A stretch of 63,863 bases of DNA, filler included, from Octopus bimaculoides (Eukaryota): the NCBI RefSeq assembly GCF_001194135.2. It is 4 parts of 2 records of this genome, joined end to end, with 100 filler letters (N's around TTAATTAATTAA, not from the genome) between each part and the next. Parts side by side here need not be neighbours in the genome. Positions count along the whole stretch, not along the records: positions 1 to 29,667 come from NC_068984.1; positions 29,768 to 49,029 come from NC_068986.1; 2 more parts are not named here. The stretch is one strand, 5' to 3'. Positions 21,812 through 34,071 of this stretch are shown here, piece after piece. The notes beneath the pieces are model-generated. The model was not told the origin of the DNA, ran no database searches, and was given only the letters and a program-made list of their open reading frames with translations. The position numbers and the translations under genes were made by a program. Every line of letters starts with the position of its first letter. Positions within the stretch are counted from its first letter, which is position 1.

Positions 21812-22205
21812 NNNNNNNNNNNNNNNNNNNNNNNNNNNNNNNNNNNNNNNNNNNNNNNNNNNNNNNNNNNNNNNNNNNNNNNNNNNNNNNNNNNNNNNNN
21901 NNNNNNNNNNNNNNNNNNNNNNNNNNNNNNNNNNNNNNNNNNNNNNNNNNNNNNNNNNNNNNNNNNNNNNNNNNNNNNNNNNNNNNNNNNNNNNNNNNTA
22001 TATATATATGTATATATATATGTGTGTGTCTTTGTTTATGTGTTTGTCCGCCACCACCACTTGGCAATCAGTGTTGCTGTGTTTACGCCCACGTAACTAA
22101 CGGTTCGGCCAAAGATATCGATAGAATAAGTACTGGGGTCGATGCAATCGATTTACCTTCCCTCTCCGAAATCAGTGACCTTGCGCCAAAATTTGAAACC
22201 AATAT
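21624..22205 (+). mobile_element. Chimeric SINE: family A head/body with family B-type tail; gap in the central microsatellite
   Basis: Family A sequence up to GATAGAATAAGTACTGGGGTCGAT, then GCAATCGATTTACC..GACCTTGCGCCAAAATTTGAAACCAAT (family B tail type). Confidence 0.8.
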
Positions 22206-23490
22206 ATGTTTGACTCTCATTACTGAATATACGTCTATATACTAATGTATTATCCACAATAAGAGCCACACACTCTCATATTAACACACCAATAAAATGT
22301 ACACGCTCCATACACTCACATATTCGTACACCTATACACACACGTGTTCTCACTAACACAGTAACAATTGTCCGACTGTAGCTCTTCATCTCCTAATACA
22401 CACACTTTCTACATTAACTAGATGTTGTTAGAGCAGACGACCGGCAACCATACAATGATTAACGGACATTTTAATGAACTGCATAACACACATACAAGAG
22501 TGTGTGTATATATGTATATATANNNNNNNNNNNNNNNNNNNNNNNNNNNNNNNNNNNNNNNNNNNNNNNNNNNNNNNNNNNNNNNNNNNNNNNNNNNNNN
22601 NNNNNNNNNNNNNNNNNNNNNNNNNNNNNNNNNNNNNNNNNNNNNNNNNNNNNNNNNNNNNNNNNNNNNNNNNNNNNNNNNNNNNNNNNNNNNNNNNNNN
22701 NNNNNNNNNNNNNNNNNNNNNNNNNNNNNNNNNNNNNNNNNNNNNNNNNNNNNNNNNNNNNNNNNNNNNNNNNNNNNNNNNNNNNNNNNNNNNNNNNNNN
22801 NNNNNNNNNNNNNNNNNNNNNNNNNNNNNNNNNNNNNNNNNNNNNNNNNNNNNNNNNNNNNNNNNNNNNNNNNNNNNNNNNNNNNNNNNNNNNNNNNNNN
22901 NNNNNNNNNNNNNNNNNNNNNNATAACCCGTTCATTTTCTAAATTATTTGGTAAAAATGAAATTGAGTATGCTTATTTCTTAGTATTCGAACTGTTAGAG
23001 TTATTTTCGCAATTTATCCAGTACAACCCTTAAACAAGTAAATGATATTTTCCTAAACAGTAGATCCACTTATTTCGGTTAGTGACTTATTCACGAATAT
23101 ACCAACACTAGCGCCCCTGAAAGTAATATTCTCTGGGAACGCACAAAAGCCCTTTTCAGAGTTATTTACTTTGAACTGTTATTATCTCATATCTGATTAG
23201 CCTGTTATTATGTAACATGCTTCACGATTTTAGTATACATACCTTATTAGTATTTTCTCCTATGTTCTATATATTCTGGGAACGCATTAAAGCCCTTTTC
23301 GGGGCCACTTTATTTGAATTCTTACTATCGGGTAACACACACTGGTTCTATCTCATTTCTTTTATTATGATTCCTCAATTAGTTAACCATTTAGCCAAAT
23401 TAACTCATCGATTGTTTGATTAATCGTTTGGTCAGTCATTCAATCAAACAATCAATCAATCAATCAGTCAGTCAATCAGTTAACTAGGTC

Positions 23491-23533
23491 TGTCAAAGTC
23501 TTTTCGTCACCATTCGCGATCTCATCAGTGACA
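23491..23533 (-). ncRNA. Hammerhead-like motif, partly degenerate
   Basis: UGUCA-CUGAUGA-G(A)UCGC-GAAUG-GUGAC-GAAA-AGAC-U-U-UGACA: perfect 5-bp stem I, bulged stem II, intact core, minimal stem III. Confidence 0.55.
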
Positions 23534-24462
23534 TGGCCTCTCTGCTCCAAGTTTGCTTCAGGTTTGTCTGCCTATATACATCTGTCATATTCTAGAAATT
23601 CTTTGAATCAAGAATAGACTGGCTTCTAACTAATGAATAAATTCCTCTATAGGAATTCTAACAAAACCACTGCCTAGTATCACATACTGAACTTCAAACC
23701 TGTATTACATATCACCATTTTCTCGTTAACAAATAGAACTTTTTGAACATGTATTACGTGAGCTTTTTTTTTTTTACCCACAAGTTCACCCTCAAAAACA
23801 CATTGGTTAAAAATTATTTGTTTAAATATTTGGTAACATTCTATTGTAACGAAGCAGCTGTCAAAAATAATAAATTATGACACTGCATAATTTCGCATAA
23901 TTCCCAGATACAGAGAGATTTTTTTCTCTCCTTTTCCTTTTTATATTCGTATTTGTCTTAGATTACTATGTCAGGCTTGTTGTTTATGCTGACATTCGGG
24001 GGAATCGTTTGTTAGGAATGTTGCGGCAATGAACTGTTTTAATTAGAAGTGATGATGAGAGACAGATTTAGAAATTAAAAAAAAAAGCTGAAGGCTATAT
24101 TGTATACATGCATACATGCATACATAAATGAAGCTTGCATACACTTGTGTATTAGTGACATACATATTCCCTACATGAGTACAAGTTCATCCACATGCAC
24201 ACACACACATATGCGCATACACAGACGTGTGAAATGAGGCGGGTCGATTACAGAAAGTTGCTGATTCCAGCCCAACCGCCAAGGAAAGACATTGTGGATA
24301 AAGATATAATGGACGTAGTTCCTGAACGTGTGTGTGTATGTATGGGGGGGNNNNNNNNNNNNNNNNNNNNNNNNNNNNNNNNNNNNNNNNNNNNNNNNNN
24401 NNNNNNNNNNNNNNNNNNNNNNNNNNNNNNNNNNNNNNNNNNNNNNNNNNNNNNNNNNNNNN

Positions 24463-24500
<38 letters not shown>

Positions 24501-24860
24501 GTGTATATGTGTATGTATATGTAGGTGTACATATTTATATTTATATGCATACATACTACCACATACACACACATATACACACATACATGCACACAACCAC
24601 ACATATAACCACACACACAACCACACAGAGAGAGAGAGGGGAAGGGGGAGAGACAGGGAGAGAGAGCGAGAAGACAGATAGAGATAGAAATAGATAAATA
24701 AATAGAAGTAGATAGATAGATAGATAAAAAGATACATACATACATACATACATACACACATGTATATATGTGTGAATGTATATATGTATATTTGTCTGTC
24801 ACCAGTGTATGTATGTATGTATGTATGTATGTATGTATGTATGTATGTATGTATGTATTC
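24463..24860. repeat. Compound (TA)/(CA)/(GA)/(GATA)/(TATG) microsatellites
   Basis: Directly visible. Confidence 0.95.
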
Positions 24861-25159
24861 TCTTTCATTTTAAATTCTTTGAATTCTTCCTACAAAGAAA
24901 ACAGAGCTCCATACTTCGTAAGAATTTAGATAACAACAGCAGTAAAAAAAGTTACTATCTGGATTTCAGTAAATTCTTTCATATCTTCACTGTTCCGCTT
25001 ACAGATTGAATTTTCAAATTGCAGTTTGGATGATCTCTTTATCCCCCTCTAAATCGCAGCATATCGAAAATATTACATAAACACATAGTAACGCAACCAA
25101 AAACTATGCAACTATAGATCTATAACTAAATATAAAGTCTTTTATTTTTTCATTTGTCT

Positions 25160-25488
25160 TTTTGCTTCTTTCAGTCATCGGATTGCGGCTATGCTGAGAC
25201 ACTGCACTGAAGGCTTTTAGTCGAACAAATCGACCCCAGGACTTATTCTTTTAAAGTCTATTACTTATTTTTTTTGCTGAATTGTTAGATTACGTGAACA
25301 CAAACAAACTAATACCGTTTGTCAAATGGCGAGAAAGAGACAAATGCAGACACAAGGACACACATGTACTATGGGCTTCCACACAGTTTCCGACTTCCAA
25401 ATATACCCAAAGGCTCGCGCAGTGGGACTGACCACCCCAAAATTAGGTCGCAACGCGAACTTCATAACCACACAGCCATGCCTGCGTC
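25160..25488 (-). mobile_element. SINE family A with internal deletion
   Basis: 3' module and head present; part of the 5' body is missing. Confidence 0.85.
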
Positions 25489-26106
25489 TAAATGCATATA
25501 TCTTATTTATATTCTGAGTAGGGAAATGGTAGGTTACGTCAAAATTGCTTCAAAATATCCTTTTCCTCGCTGATTTTGAGTGAAACTTTCGCAACTGGAC
25601 AGATTATATCTATCTACAAATGTCTGTATGTATAAGTGTGCGCTTATATGCATTTAAGTTCGTACGTACCTACAGATGCACGTCATGTATCTGTATACGT
25701 ATTTATGATTGTACATGTTTTCTCCTCTTTTTAATTTAGAGTCAATTCCACATTTAGTAGAGATGACCCGGAAGTTGTTCCTCTTCGATTACTATCGCAA
25801 ACAGCCAGTAGCTTTCTTCAAGCGAATACACGTCGTTGATTGGTTGAAATTACCCAAGTACGACAACTTTAACACGAAATAACTTCTAAAATACGAAATT
25901 TGGTCAAAAACGTTCAGAGTAAACTGCATTCTACGTGAGAAATTTTACCACTATTCGAAGTTTCAAACTGTTTAGTTAAAAAAAAATTAATTAAAAAATC
26001 TGTGATTGAGATGGAATAGATCCATCATCGTCGACAACGACGGACGAACTAGCTACACATGTATGTATGCAGATATATGTATGTATGTAGGCAAGCTAAT
26101 ATTTTA

Positions 26107-26400
26107 CCGTTTATCTTGTTTCAGGCTTTCAACTGCGCCCATGTTGGAGCAAGTCGAACAGATCGAACTATTTATATTTTTCAAAGTGTGGTACTTATTC
26201 TATTAATCTCGTTGGTTGAACCGTTAAGTTAGGGTGGTGGTGGTGATGGTGGTGGTAAATCAAACCTGCACCGGTTTTCAAGCAGTGTGGGGACAAACAG
26301 ATACAAAGACACACACATATGTACGACGGGCTTCCATACAATTTCTGTCCGCCATGGCATGGGTTGGCTAGAGGCTACAGTAGAAGATACTTGCTCAACG
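26107..26400 (-). mobile_element. SINE family A, degraded, head missing
   Basis: GTACGACGGGCTTCC..GAGGCTACAGTAGAAGATACTTGC. Confidence 0.78.
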
Positions 26401-26589
26401 TGAATAACCCTGAAAAACGAGGTTAATTGGATTGGATTGCCTATGTTCAGTCCACTGCCCGACGAAGACCTCAGCATGTTCTCTTCACCAACCACAGTCC
26501 GAAGTGGAGGCTTTGACTTTGAATTTGAGATCATACCGGTTTGATGAGCCTCACTCTATCACACTGGATCTACATGGCTTGGCAGAGGG

Positions 26590-27017
26590 ATGCAGTTTTT
26601 ACAAACTTACCCAGGAGTAGGTAAGTCAATTACGTCAACCCTAGTGCTCAACTGGTACTTAATTTATCGATCCCCAAAGGATGTAAGGCAAAGTCAACCT
26701 CAGTGGAATTCGAACTCTGAACGTAAAGACGCACGAAATACCGCTAAGCATTTTGTCCGGTATGCTAACGATTCTGCCAGCTCGCCACCGAAGTTAATTC
26801 TTTTCTACTCTAGGCACAAGGCCCGAAACTTTTAGGGAGGGGGCCCAGTCGATTAGATCGACTCCAGTACGCAACTGGTATTCAATTTATCGACCCCGAA
26901 AGGATGAAAGGCAAAGTCGTCCTCGGCTGAATTTGAACTCAGAACGTAAAGACAGACGAAATTACTGGTAAGCATTTCGCCCGGCGTGCTAACGGTTCTG
27001 CCAGGCTTGCCGCCTTG
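26590..27017 (-). mobile_element. Two SINE family B copies; younger (26797-27017) inserted at the head of an older one (26590-26788)
   Basis: TSD CACCGA(A/G)GTTAA at 26786-26797 and 27019-27030. Confidence 0.92.
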
Positions 27018-27284
27018 TCACCGAGGTTAAATAAACGCTAAATAATTAATTGCCTCAAAACCACAGATTGTTCAGGGAATCTACGATAAAAACCATATTT
27101 TATCGAAAGACAAAGTTGATCTTGACGGGTTTTGAAATCAGAATGTTGGGAAAAAGGAACTAAATATTGTCGTCTGCTCCACAATTATTCTTCTTTATTG
27201 TATTACCTTCTACGTAAAGCCTCTCTCAGACTAACAGACAGGCAGGCATGCACAAAATGGAGGAATTCAAAGTCAAGTGTTACT

Positions 27285-27403
27285 AATGATGGTAGTAGTA
27301 GTAATAGTTGTAGTAGTAGTAGGTGTTTTGCTGTATAATAGTGGAGTTACCAGTGAAGGTGGTATTAGTTGTGGAGGAGGGATGACGGGAGGAGGGCTAC
27401 TAT

Positions 27404-27454
<51 letters not shown>

Positions 27455-27530
27455 GTGTTGGTGTTGGTTGTTGTAGTGGCGGTGGTGGAGTGGTGGTGGT
27501 GGTCTTGGTGGCGGCGGCGGTGGCTTCGGC
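27285..27530. repeat. (GTA)n/(GGT)n microsatellites
   Basis: Directly visible. Confidence 0.93.
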
Positions 27531-28245
27531 GTCTGTGATATTGACGTTGGTGCATGGAGAGGAAGTGGTTGGGGAAGTTGGGGATGTGAACGGGAGGAAT
27601 AAAGGAGGNNNNNNNNNNNNNNNNNNNNNNNNNNNNNNNNNNNNNNNNNNNNNNNNNNNNNNNNNNNNNNNNNNNNNNNNNNNNNNNNNNNNNNNNNNNN
27701 NNNNNNNNNNNNNNNNNNNNNNNNNNNNNNNNNNNNNNNNNNNNNNNNNNNNNNNNNNNNNNNNNNNNNNNNNNNNNNNNNNNNNNNNNNNNNNNNNNNN
27801 NNNNNNNNNNNNNNNNNNNNNNNNNNNNNNNNNNNNNNNNNNNNNNNNNNNNNNNNNNNNNNNNNNNNNNNNNNNNNNNNNNNNNNNNNNNNNNNNNNNN
27901 NNNNNNNNNNNNNNNNNNNNNNNNNNNNNNNNNNNNNNNNNNNNNNNNNNNNNNNNNNNNNNNNNNNNNNNNNNNNNNNNNNNNNNNNNNNNNNNNNNNN
28001 NNNNNNNNNNNNNNNNNNNNNNNNNNNNNNNNNNNNNNNNNNNNNNNNNNNNNNNNNNNNNNNNNNNNNNNNNNNNNNNNNNNNNNNNNNNNNNNNNNNN
28101 NNNNNNNNNNNNNNNNNNNNNNNNNNNNNNNNNNNNNNNNNNNNNNNNNNNNNNNNNNNNNNNNNNNNNNNNNNNNNNNNNNNNNNNNNNNNNNNNNNNN
28201 NNNNNNNNNNNNNNNNNNNNNNNNNNNNNNNNNNNNNNNNNNNNN

Positions 28246-28309
<64 letters not shown>

Positions 28310-29371
28310 AGGGCCATGGTGGTGGCGTTGTTGTCTTAATGATGTGGATGGTAATTGGAATGGTGTGTGGGGTGCCATTAGTCGGAGTGGTAGTCGTGGT
28401 GGTGGTGGTTGGTTTTCTGTGATGTTAGGCATCACATTGTTGTCGTTTAGTTTCAGGTTATCGCCGAGCGAGTCGACCTATGACCAAAAGGCTTTCCAGT
28501 CGCGACCATCCCTCTCTAAACTCCCTGGATAGAACACCAGTCTATTACAGGTTAACGTTCTTAGATTATCTGAAATCTGTTCCTATCGACACCCGAATTA
28601 AATTAGACAATGTAGAATAAAGTGTTCTGTTGTAGAACTGCATTGAATCGCCAACATGTGGACACGAATACGCGTTCTATAAGTAGGTGGTATTCTCAAC
28701 ACCGAAGAATAAAAATAATCAATAGTTGTCAATGACTAATATCTTCACTTTCCTGGCAAGTACAGACGTATTTCAAGACAAGTCAGGACATGTTTTGGTC
28801 TTATTCTGACCTCATCAGTGAAGCCTCAACTTCACCGGATATTCTGAAATGGCGATGAAAAAAAATCATCACAGACGGTTGTACTTTCAGAATGTTCTGA
28901 AAAAATGTACACCAAAGAAGAGGTATTTATGATTTGAAATTTACTATTTAGTTTAGAGAAAAGAAAGCTGAATGCTAGGGTTATTCTGTTGCGACTCGCG
29001 AAGGAAAAATAGGGGAATATAATTTCAGTTACGAATTAAAATAATTTAATTTTCATATTAAAAAGAAATTGTTTTATCTCTGTTAGCAGGGGCGGTGGCA
29101 GGAATAGGTAGGAAGAAGTTTCGGTTTTTTTCTCAACTTCGGCAGCGGCACTTAAGCATAAACTAAGCCACTTGATCAATAAGTATGAGTTTTTATACAC
29201 ACAGAAAAAGGATTACGTGTTACAATTGACAGCAGTAATTCTCATAATAAAAACAATTTCACGAATGGTTATAACTAAAAACCGCCAATGACATAAATAA
29301 ACTTAAGTAGGAGGGGATGTTGAACCTTCCAGCACGCCACGTACACACACACACGCAGATGTATACATACA

Positions 29372-29667
29372 TTGTTGTTGTTGGCACTCCGTCGCTTACG
29401 ACGTCGAGGGTTCCATTTGATCCGATCAACGGAACAGCCTGATCGTGAAATTAACGTGCAAGTGGCTGAGCACTCCACAGACACGTGTACCCTTAACGTA
29501 GTTCTCGAGGATATTCAGCGTGACACAGTGTGATAAGGCTGGCCCTTTGAAATACAGGTACAACAGAAACAGGAAGTAAGAGTGAGAGAAAGTTGTGGTG
29601 GAAGAGTACAGCAAGGTTCGCCATCATCCCCTGCCGGAGCCTCGTGGAGCTTTAGGTGTTTTCGCTC
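29372..29667 (-). mobile_element. SINE/retroposon family C, long variant
   Basis: Near-identical to 63628-63863 and 14985-15188. Confidence 0.93.
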
Positions 29668-29767
29668 NNNNNNNNNNNNNNNNNNNNNNNNNNNNNNNNN
29701 NNNNNNNNNNNTTAATTAATTAANNNNNNNNNNNNNNNNNNNNNNNNNNNNNNNNNNNNNNNNNNNN

Positions 29768-29852
<85 letters not shown>

Positions 29853-30179
29853 GGGAGGGAGGGAGAGAGTGAGAGAGGCATGTACATAAGCGTATATGAC
29901 TCAGAGTGATTCTCTCTTTCTCTCTTTCTCTCTTTCTCTTTCTCTCGTGTTTCTTATTACACATATACACACATATACATACACACACACACACACACAC
30001 ACCGAGAAAATGACAAAACAAATTTCTGGGTTGTTTTACCCTTCATAATCGTCGATTCAGCAAACCTTATGATCAAAGCCTTCCATTCATGCCGTCTCAT
30101 CTTTTACTCAGATATCAGACATCATCACCCTCAATCAACAACCCTGGATCATTACAGTCTCGAGTTCTTGTACTCATAA

Positions 30180-30420
30180 GGCCAGTTATCCGCTTTCCAT
30201 GGCGTAAAAGTGACTGAGACCCCCCCACACACACACACACACACACATCTCTCCTAAACAGCCACCCCAGTCCGACTCACTGTTAACCATTTAGCAGTTG
30301 ATTGGACAGGAACTACAAGGAATGAAGTGTTTTGTTCAAGAACATAATGAAACACCCGGTCCGGGAAATCGAATCCACTGACTTATCATTGTGAGTGAAA
30401 CACTTTGACCTCTAAACTAT
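30180..30420 (-). mobile_element. tRNA-headed SINE (family G), degraded
   Basis: GAAGTGTTTTGTTCAAGAACA..CCCGGTCCGGGAAATCGAA shared with 31790-31940, 43945-44160, 59020-59190. Confidence 0.65.
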
Positions 30421-30672
30421 TGCTAGCACTATACACTATATAAAAACTCTTTTTCTTTAAAAGCAGTAAGCTGTGATTTATGACAAATTTGGCAAAAATT
30501 GTTCGTTACCTTATTAAAGAGATTATGATAGTGAAATGACTTTTATTATTGAATCTACAAAACAGGGTACGAGGAGCATTTTAGAAGTTTTGATACATAT
30601 TGAGGGGTAAAGAGAAGCTAGTATAAATGTCATACATTATTGTAGTTTTAGTGTATCATTTCTATACAAATA

Positions 30673-31094
30673 GGTGCAGGAGTGGTTGTGTGGTAAGTAG
30701 TTTGCTTACCAACCACATGGTTCCGGGTTCATTCCCACTGCGTGGCACCTTGGGCAAGTGTCTTCTACTATAGCTTCGGGCCGACCAAAGCCTTGTGAGT
30801 GGATTTGGTAGACGGAAACTGAAAGAAGCCTTCGTATATATGTATAGATATATATATATGTGTGTGTGTATATATTTGTGTGTCTGTGTTTGTGTTTGTC
30901 CCACCCCCAACATCGCTTGACAACGGATGTTGGTGTGTTTATGTCCCCGTAACTTAGTGGTTCGGCAAAAGAGACCGATAGAATAAGTACTAGGCTTCCA
31001 AAGAATAAGTCCTGGGGTCGATTTTCTTGACTAAAAGGCGGTGCTCCAGCATGGCCGCAGTCAAATGACTGAAACAAGTAAAAGAGTAAAAGAG
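30673..31094 (+). mobile_element. SINE family A, complete reference copy
   Basis: A-box-like GGTTGTGTGGTAAG, B box GGTTCATTCC, CCTTGGGCAAGTGTCTTCT body, internal (TA)n(TG)n, 3' module, (TAAAAGAG)2 tail. Confidence 0.96.
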
Positions 31095-31182
31095 TATCTA
31101 ACAACCTGGTCTGCCAACATTTTATTCCAGATACAAAAAGATGGCTGTAGCTGTTCTTTGAACATACCCTGCTTAACACTGC

Positions 31183-31326
31183 TTGTCACAGACTACTAAG
31201 TACTGCTTGTCACACTTCCATCTCAGTAACCACCTACTTGTCAGAGTTGGTCATCAAAATTGTCCTTTCCCCTCCGATGGTCCAGACCTTGCTGCATGTG
31301 ACTTTTGGTTGTTCTCCAAACTGAAG
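31183..31326 (+). pseudogene. mariner transposase C-terminal fragment
   Basis: ..CPFPSDGPDLAACDFWLFSKLK matches the mariner PYSPDLAPCDFWLFPKLK motif. Confidence 0.75.
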
Positions 31327-31469
31327 GACCATCATCTTGATCATTATGATCATTATGGTCATGATGATGATCATCATCTCTATAACCCTCTCCAGTGATT
31401 CGGGTACCGCCTGAACTACGACTAACAACGTCGTGTTTCTCTGTACTCTACCCATCATCCTTCGTAACG

Positions 31470-31690
31470 GCTACTATCCACCCAAGGAGTCTCGACGTCT
31501 CGATCGATCTGCTGGAAATGGCAGCCAAATTCCTGTCCAAAACACACTATTCTTTTGAACTGGATAATATGGTGTAAGACAGGCCTCTCCTCCTCCTACC
31601 CAAACGGTATAACCAAAGCTGGAAAGCTTTAGACCCTTAATTAGCATCGCTGGGGTTGACCTAGAGACGAGGAATTACAATAACAACACC
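31470..31690 (+). mobile_element. Family F retroposon 3' part, degraded
   Basis: CGATCGATCTGCTGGAAATGGCAGCCAAAT..GCTGGAAAGCTTT..GGGGTTGACCT..ACAATAACAACA. Confidence 0.55.
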
Positions 31691-31789
31691 GAATCAAAAA
31701 TGAAGTTCTTCGTAGTCGCACAAGCTGTTAAATCAAGTATATAGTCTCATACAGCCGGTTTTCCGGTTTCCACAACTGAACGGAGCACC

Positions 31790-31940
31790 AGTCTGTCGCA
31801 GGATTAAAAATTTTTGAAACCTGGGTGGACTGGAGCAATGAGAAGTGAAGTGTTTTGGACAAGAACACAACGCGTCACCCGATCCAGGAATCGAAACTAC
31901 AATCTTACGACCGTGAGTTCCACACCCTAACCACTAAGCT
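31790..31940 (-). mobile_element. tRNA-headed SINE (family G)
   Basis: Reverse complement: GCTTAGTGGTTAGGGTG (A box)..GTTTCGATTCCTGGA (B box)..GTGTTCTTGTCCAAAACACTTCAC. Confidence 0.85.
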
Positions 31941-32707
31941 ACTATAAACTACTACTACCACCACCGCCACCATTACGGCGGATTAAGTTTGCCACTCCAG
32001 TGAGCTATAGCAGGGTTTGAACCCAGAACGCAGAGAACTGAAAGATATACGAGAAGGCATGTGGTTCGACGTTCTTACGTTGCCAACTATCCACTAATCA
32101 GTACATATGTATTGATTCCTAAAGGAAAAAGAAAAAAAAAACATCGCCAATTTTGAATAGATTTGAACTCAGAGACCCAAGGTATTCTATCCGTCATTCT
32201 AACGACTCTATCAGTTCGCCTCGTTATCTCATTATAGGTTTGCTGACTCAGAGCTGAGCTGGGGTTAAACAACAACAACGACCACTATCACAACAACAAC
32301 AACAGCAACAACAGCAGCACAACCATCTGTGTACTCCAAGACAATGTTCTATTTATCTTATGTGCAATTAAATTTAACCTTTAAGCAAAATTATTTCTAG
32401 TTTTTATTTCTTATAATTAATTTCTTTTTCTTTTTTCTTCTTTTTATGTTCGTTCTGTTAATTTATAGATTGCGTTTGCAAAAACTCCAATAGACAACGG
32501 CTGGGGTTTGTCCCTATGTTTCATGGTATTATTATTTTCTTTTCTTTGTGTTCTTCCTTATATATTTATTGATTAATTTTTCGCATTCTCCACAGCTATT
32601 CCGAACAAAGTACCATTATAAATATCGATTAAACCATCTATCTGTTACTTTACGTATGTATTCTTACGTATATGTATATATGTGTGTGTGCGCGCATGTA
32701 TATATAC

Positions 32708-32741
<34 letters not shown>

Positions 32742-33715
32742 CTATCTATATATANNNNNNNNNNNNNNNNNNNNNNNNNNNNNNNNNNNNNNNNNNNNNN
32801 NNNNNNNNNNNNNNNNNNNNNNNNNNNNNNNNNNNNNNNNNNNNNNNNNNNNNNNNNNNNNNNNNNNNNNNNNNNNNNNNNNNNNNNNNNNNNNNNNNNN
32901 NNNNNNNNNNNNNNNNNNNNNNNNNNNNNNNNNNNNNNNNNNNNNNNNNNNNNNNNNNNNNNNNNNNNNNNNNNNNNNNNNNNNNNNNNNNNNNNNNNNN
33001 NNNNNNNNNNNNNNNNNNNNNNNNNNNNNNNNNNNNNNNNNNNNNNNNNNNNNNNNNNNNNNNNNNNNNNNNNNNNNNNNNNNNNNNNNNNNNNNNNNNN
33101 NNNNNNNNNNNNNNNNNNNNNNNNNNNNNNNNNNNNNNNNNNNNNNNNNNNNNNNNNNNNNNNNNNNNNNNNNNNNNNNNNNNNNNNNNNNNNNNNNNNN
33201 NNNNNNNNNNNNNNNNNNNNNNNNNNNNNNNNNNNNNNNNNNNNNNNNNNNNNNNNNNNNNNNNNNNNNNNNNNNNNNNNNNNNNNNNNNNNNNNNNNNN
33301 NNNNNNNNNNNNNNNNNNNNNNNNNNNNNNNNNNNNNNNNNNNNNNNNNNNNNNNNNNNNNNNNNNNNNNNNNNNNNNNNNNNNNNNNNNNNNNNNNNNN
33401 NNNNNNNNNNNNNNNNNNNNNNNNNNNNNNNNNNNNNNNNNNNNNNNNNNNNNNNNNNNNNNNNNNNNNNNNNNNNNNNNNNNNNNNNNNNNNNNNNNNN
33501 NNNNNNNNNNNNNNNNNNNNNNNNNNNNNNNNNNNNNNNNNNNNNNNNNNNNNNNNNNNNNNNNNNNNNNNNNNNNNNNNNNNNNNNNNNNNNNNNNNNN
33601 NNNNNNNNNNNNNNNNNNNNNNNNNNNNNNNNNNNNNNNNNNNNNNNNNNNNNNNNNNNNNNNNNNNNNNNNNNNNNNNNNNNNNNNNNNNNNNNNTGTG
33701 TGTGTGTGTGTGTGT

Positions 33716-33880
33716 ATTCCCTTTTATTTGTTTCAGTCGTTAGACTGCGGCCATGCAGTGACACAGCGTTAAAATTTTTCTTTTCATCGAATGATGAACC
33801 TAGTACGTATTGTAATGGTCTCTTTTGCCGAAACGCTAGGTTACAGGGACGGTGGTGACGACAAATACAGATAGAAAGAC
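33716..33880 (-). mobile_element. SINE family A 3' module
   Basis: TTTGTTTCAGTC..ACTGCGGCCATGC..TCTCTTTTGCCGAA. Confidence 0.78.
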
Positions 33881-34071
33881 ACACATATAGAATCAGTGAG
33901 ATCGAATTGACGGATTCTATACGATTCTCTACAGCAGCCTATTAGATGCATAACGACGGCATTTCCATAGCCCAGCCTTTTCATATTAATTTTGCGTAAG
34001 GAATATTTTTAATAGTACGAGTGCCTGTGGAATACTCAGTCATTCACATTTTAATATTAACATTAGCAGAA

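Noticed and set aside
25740-25890. Gypsy gag-like peptide SIPTFSRDDPEVVPLRL..
   Set aside because: Similarity to the gag LPPFW..DPE.WF motif is too short and weak to call without a search.
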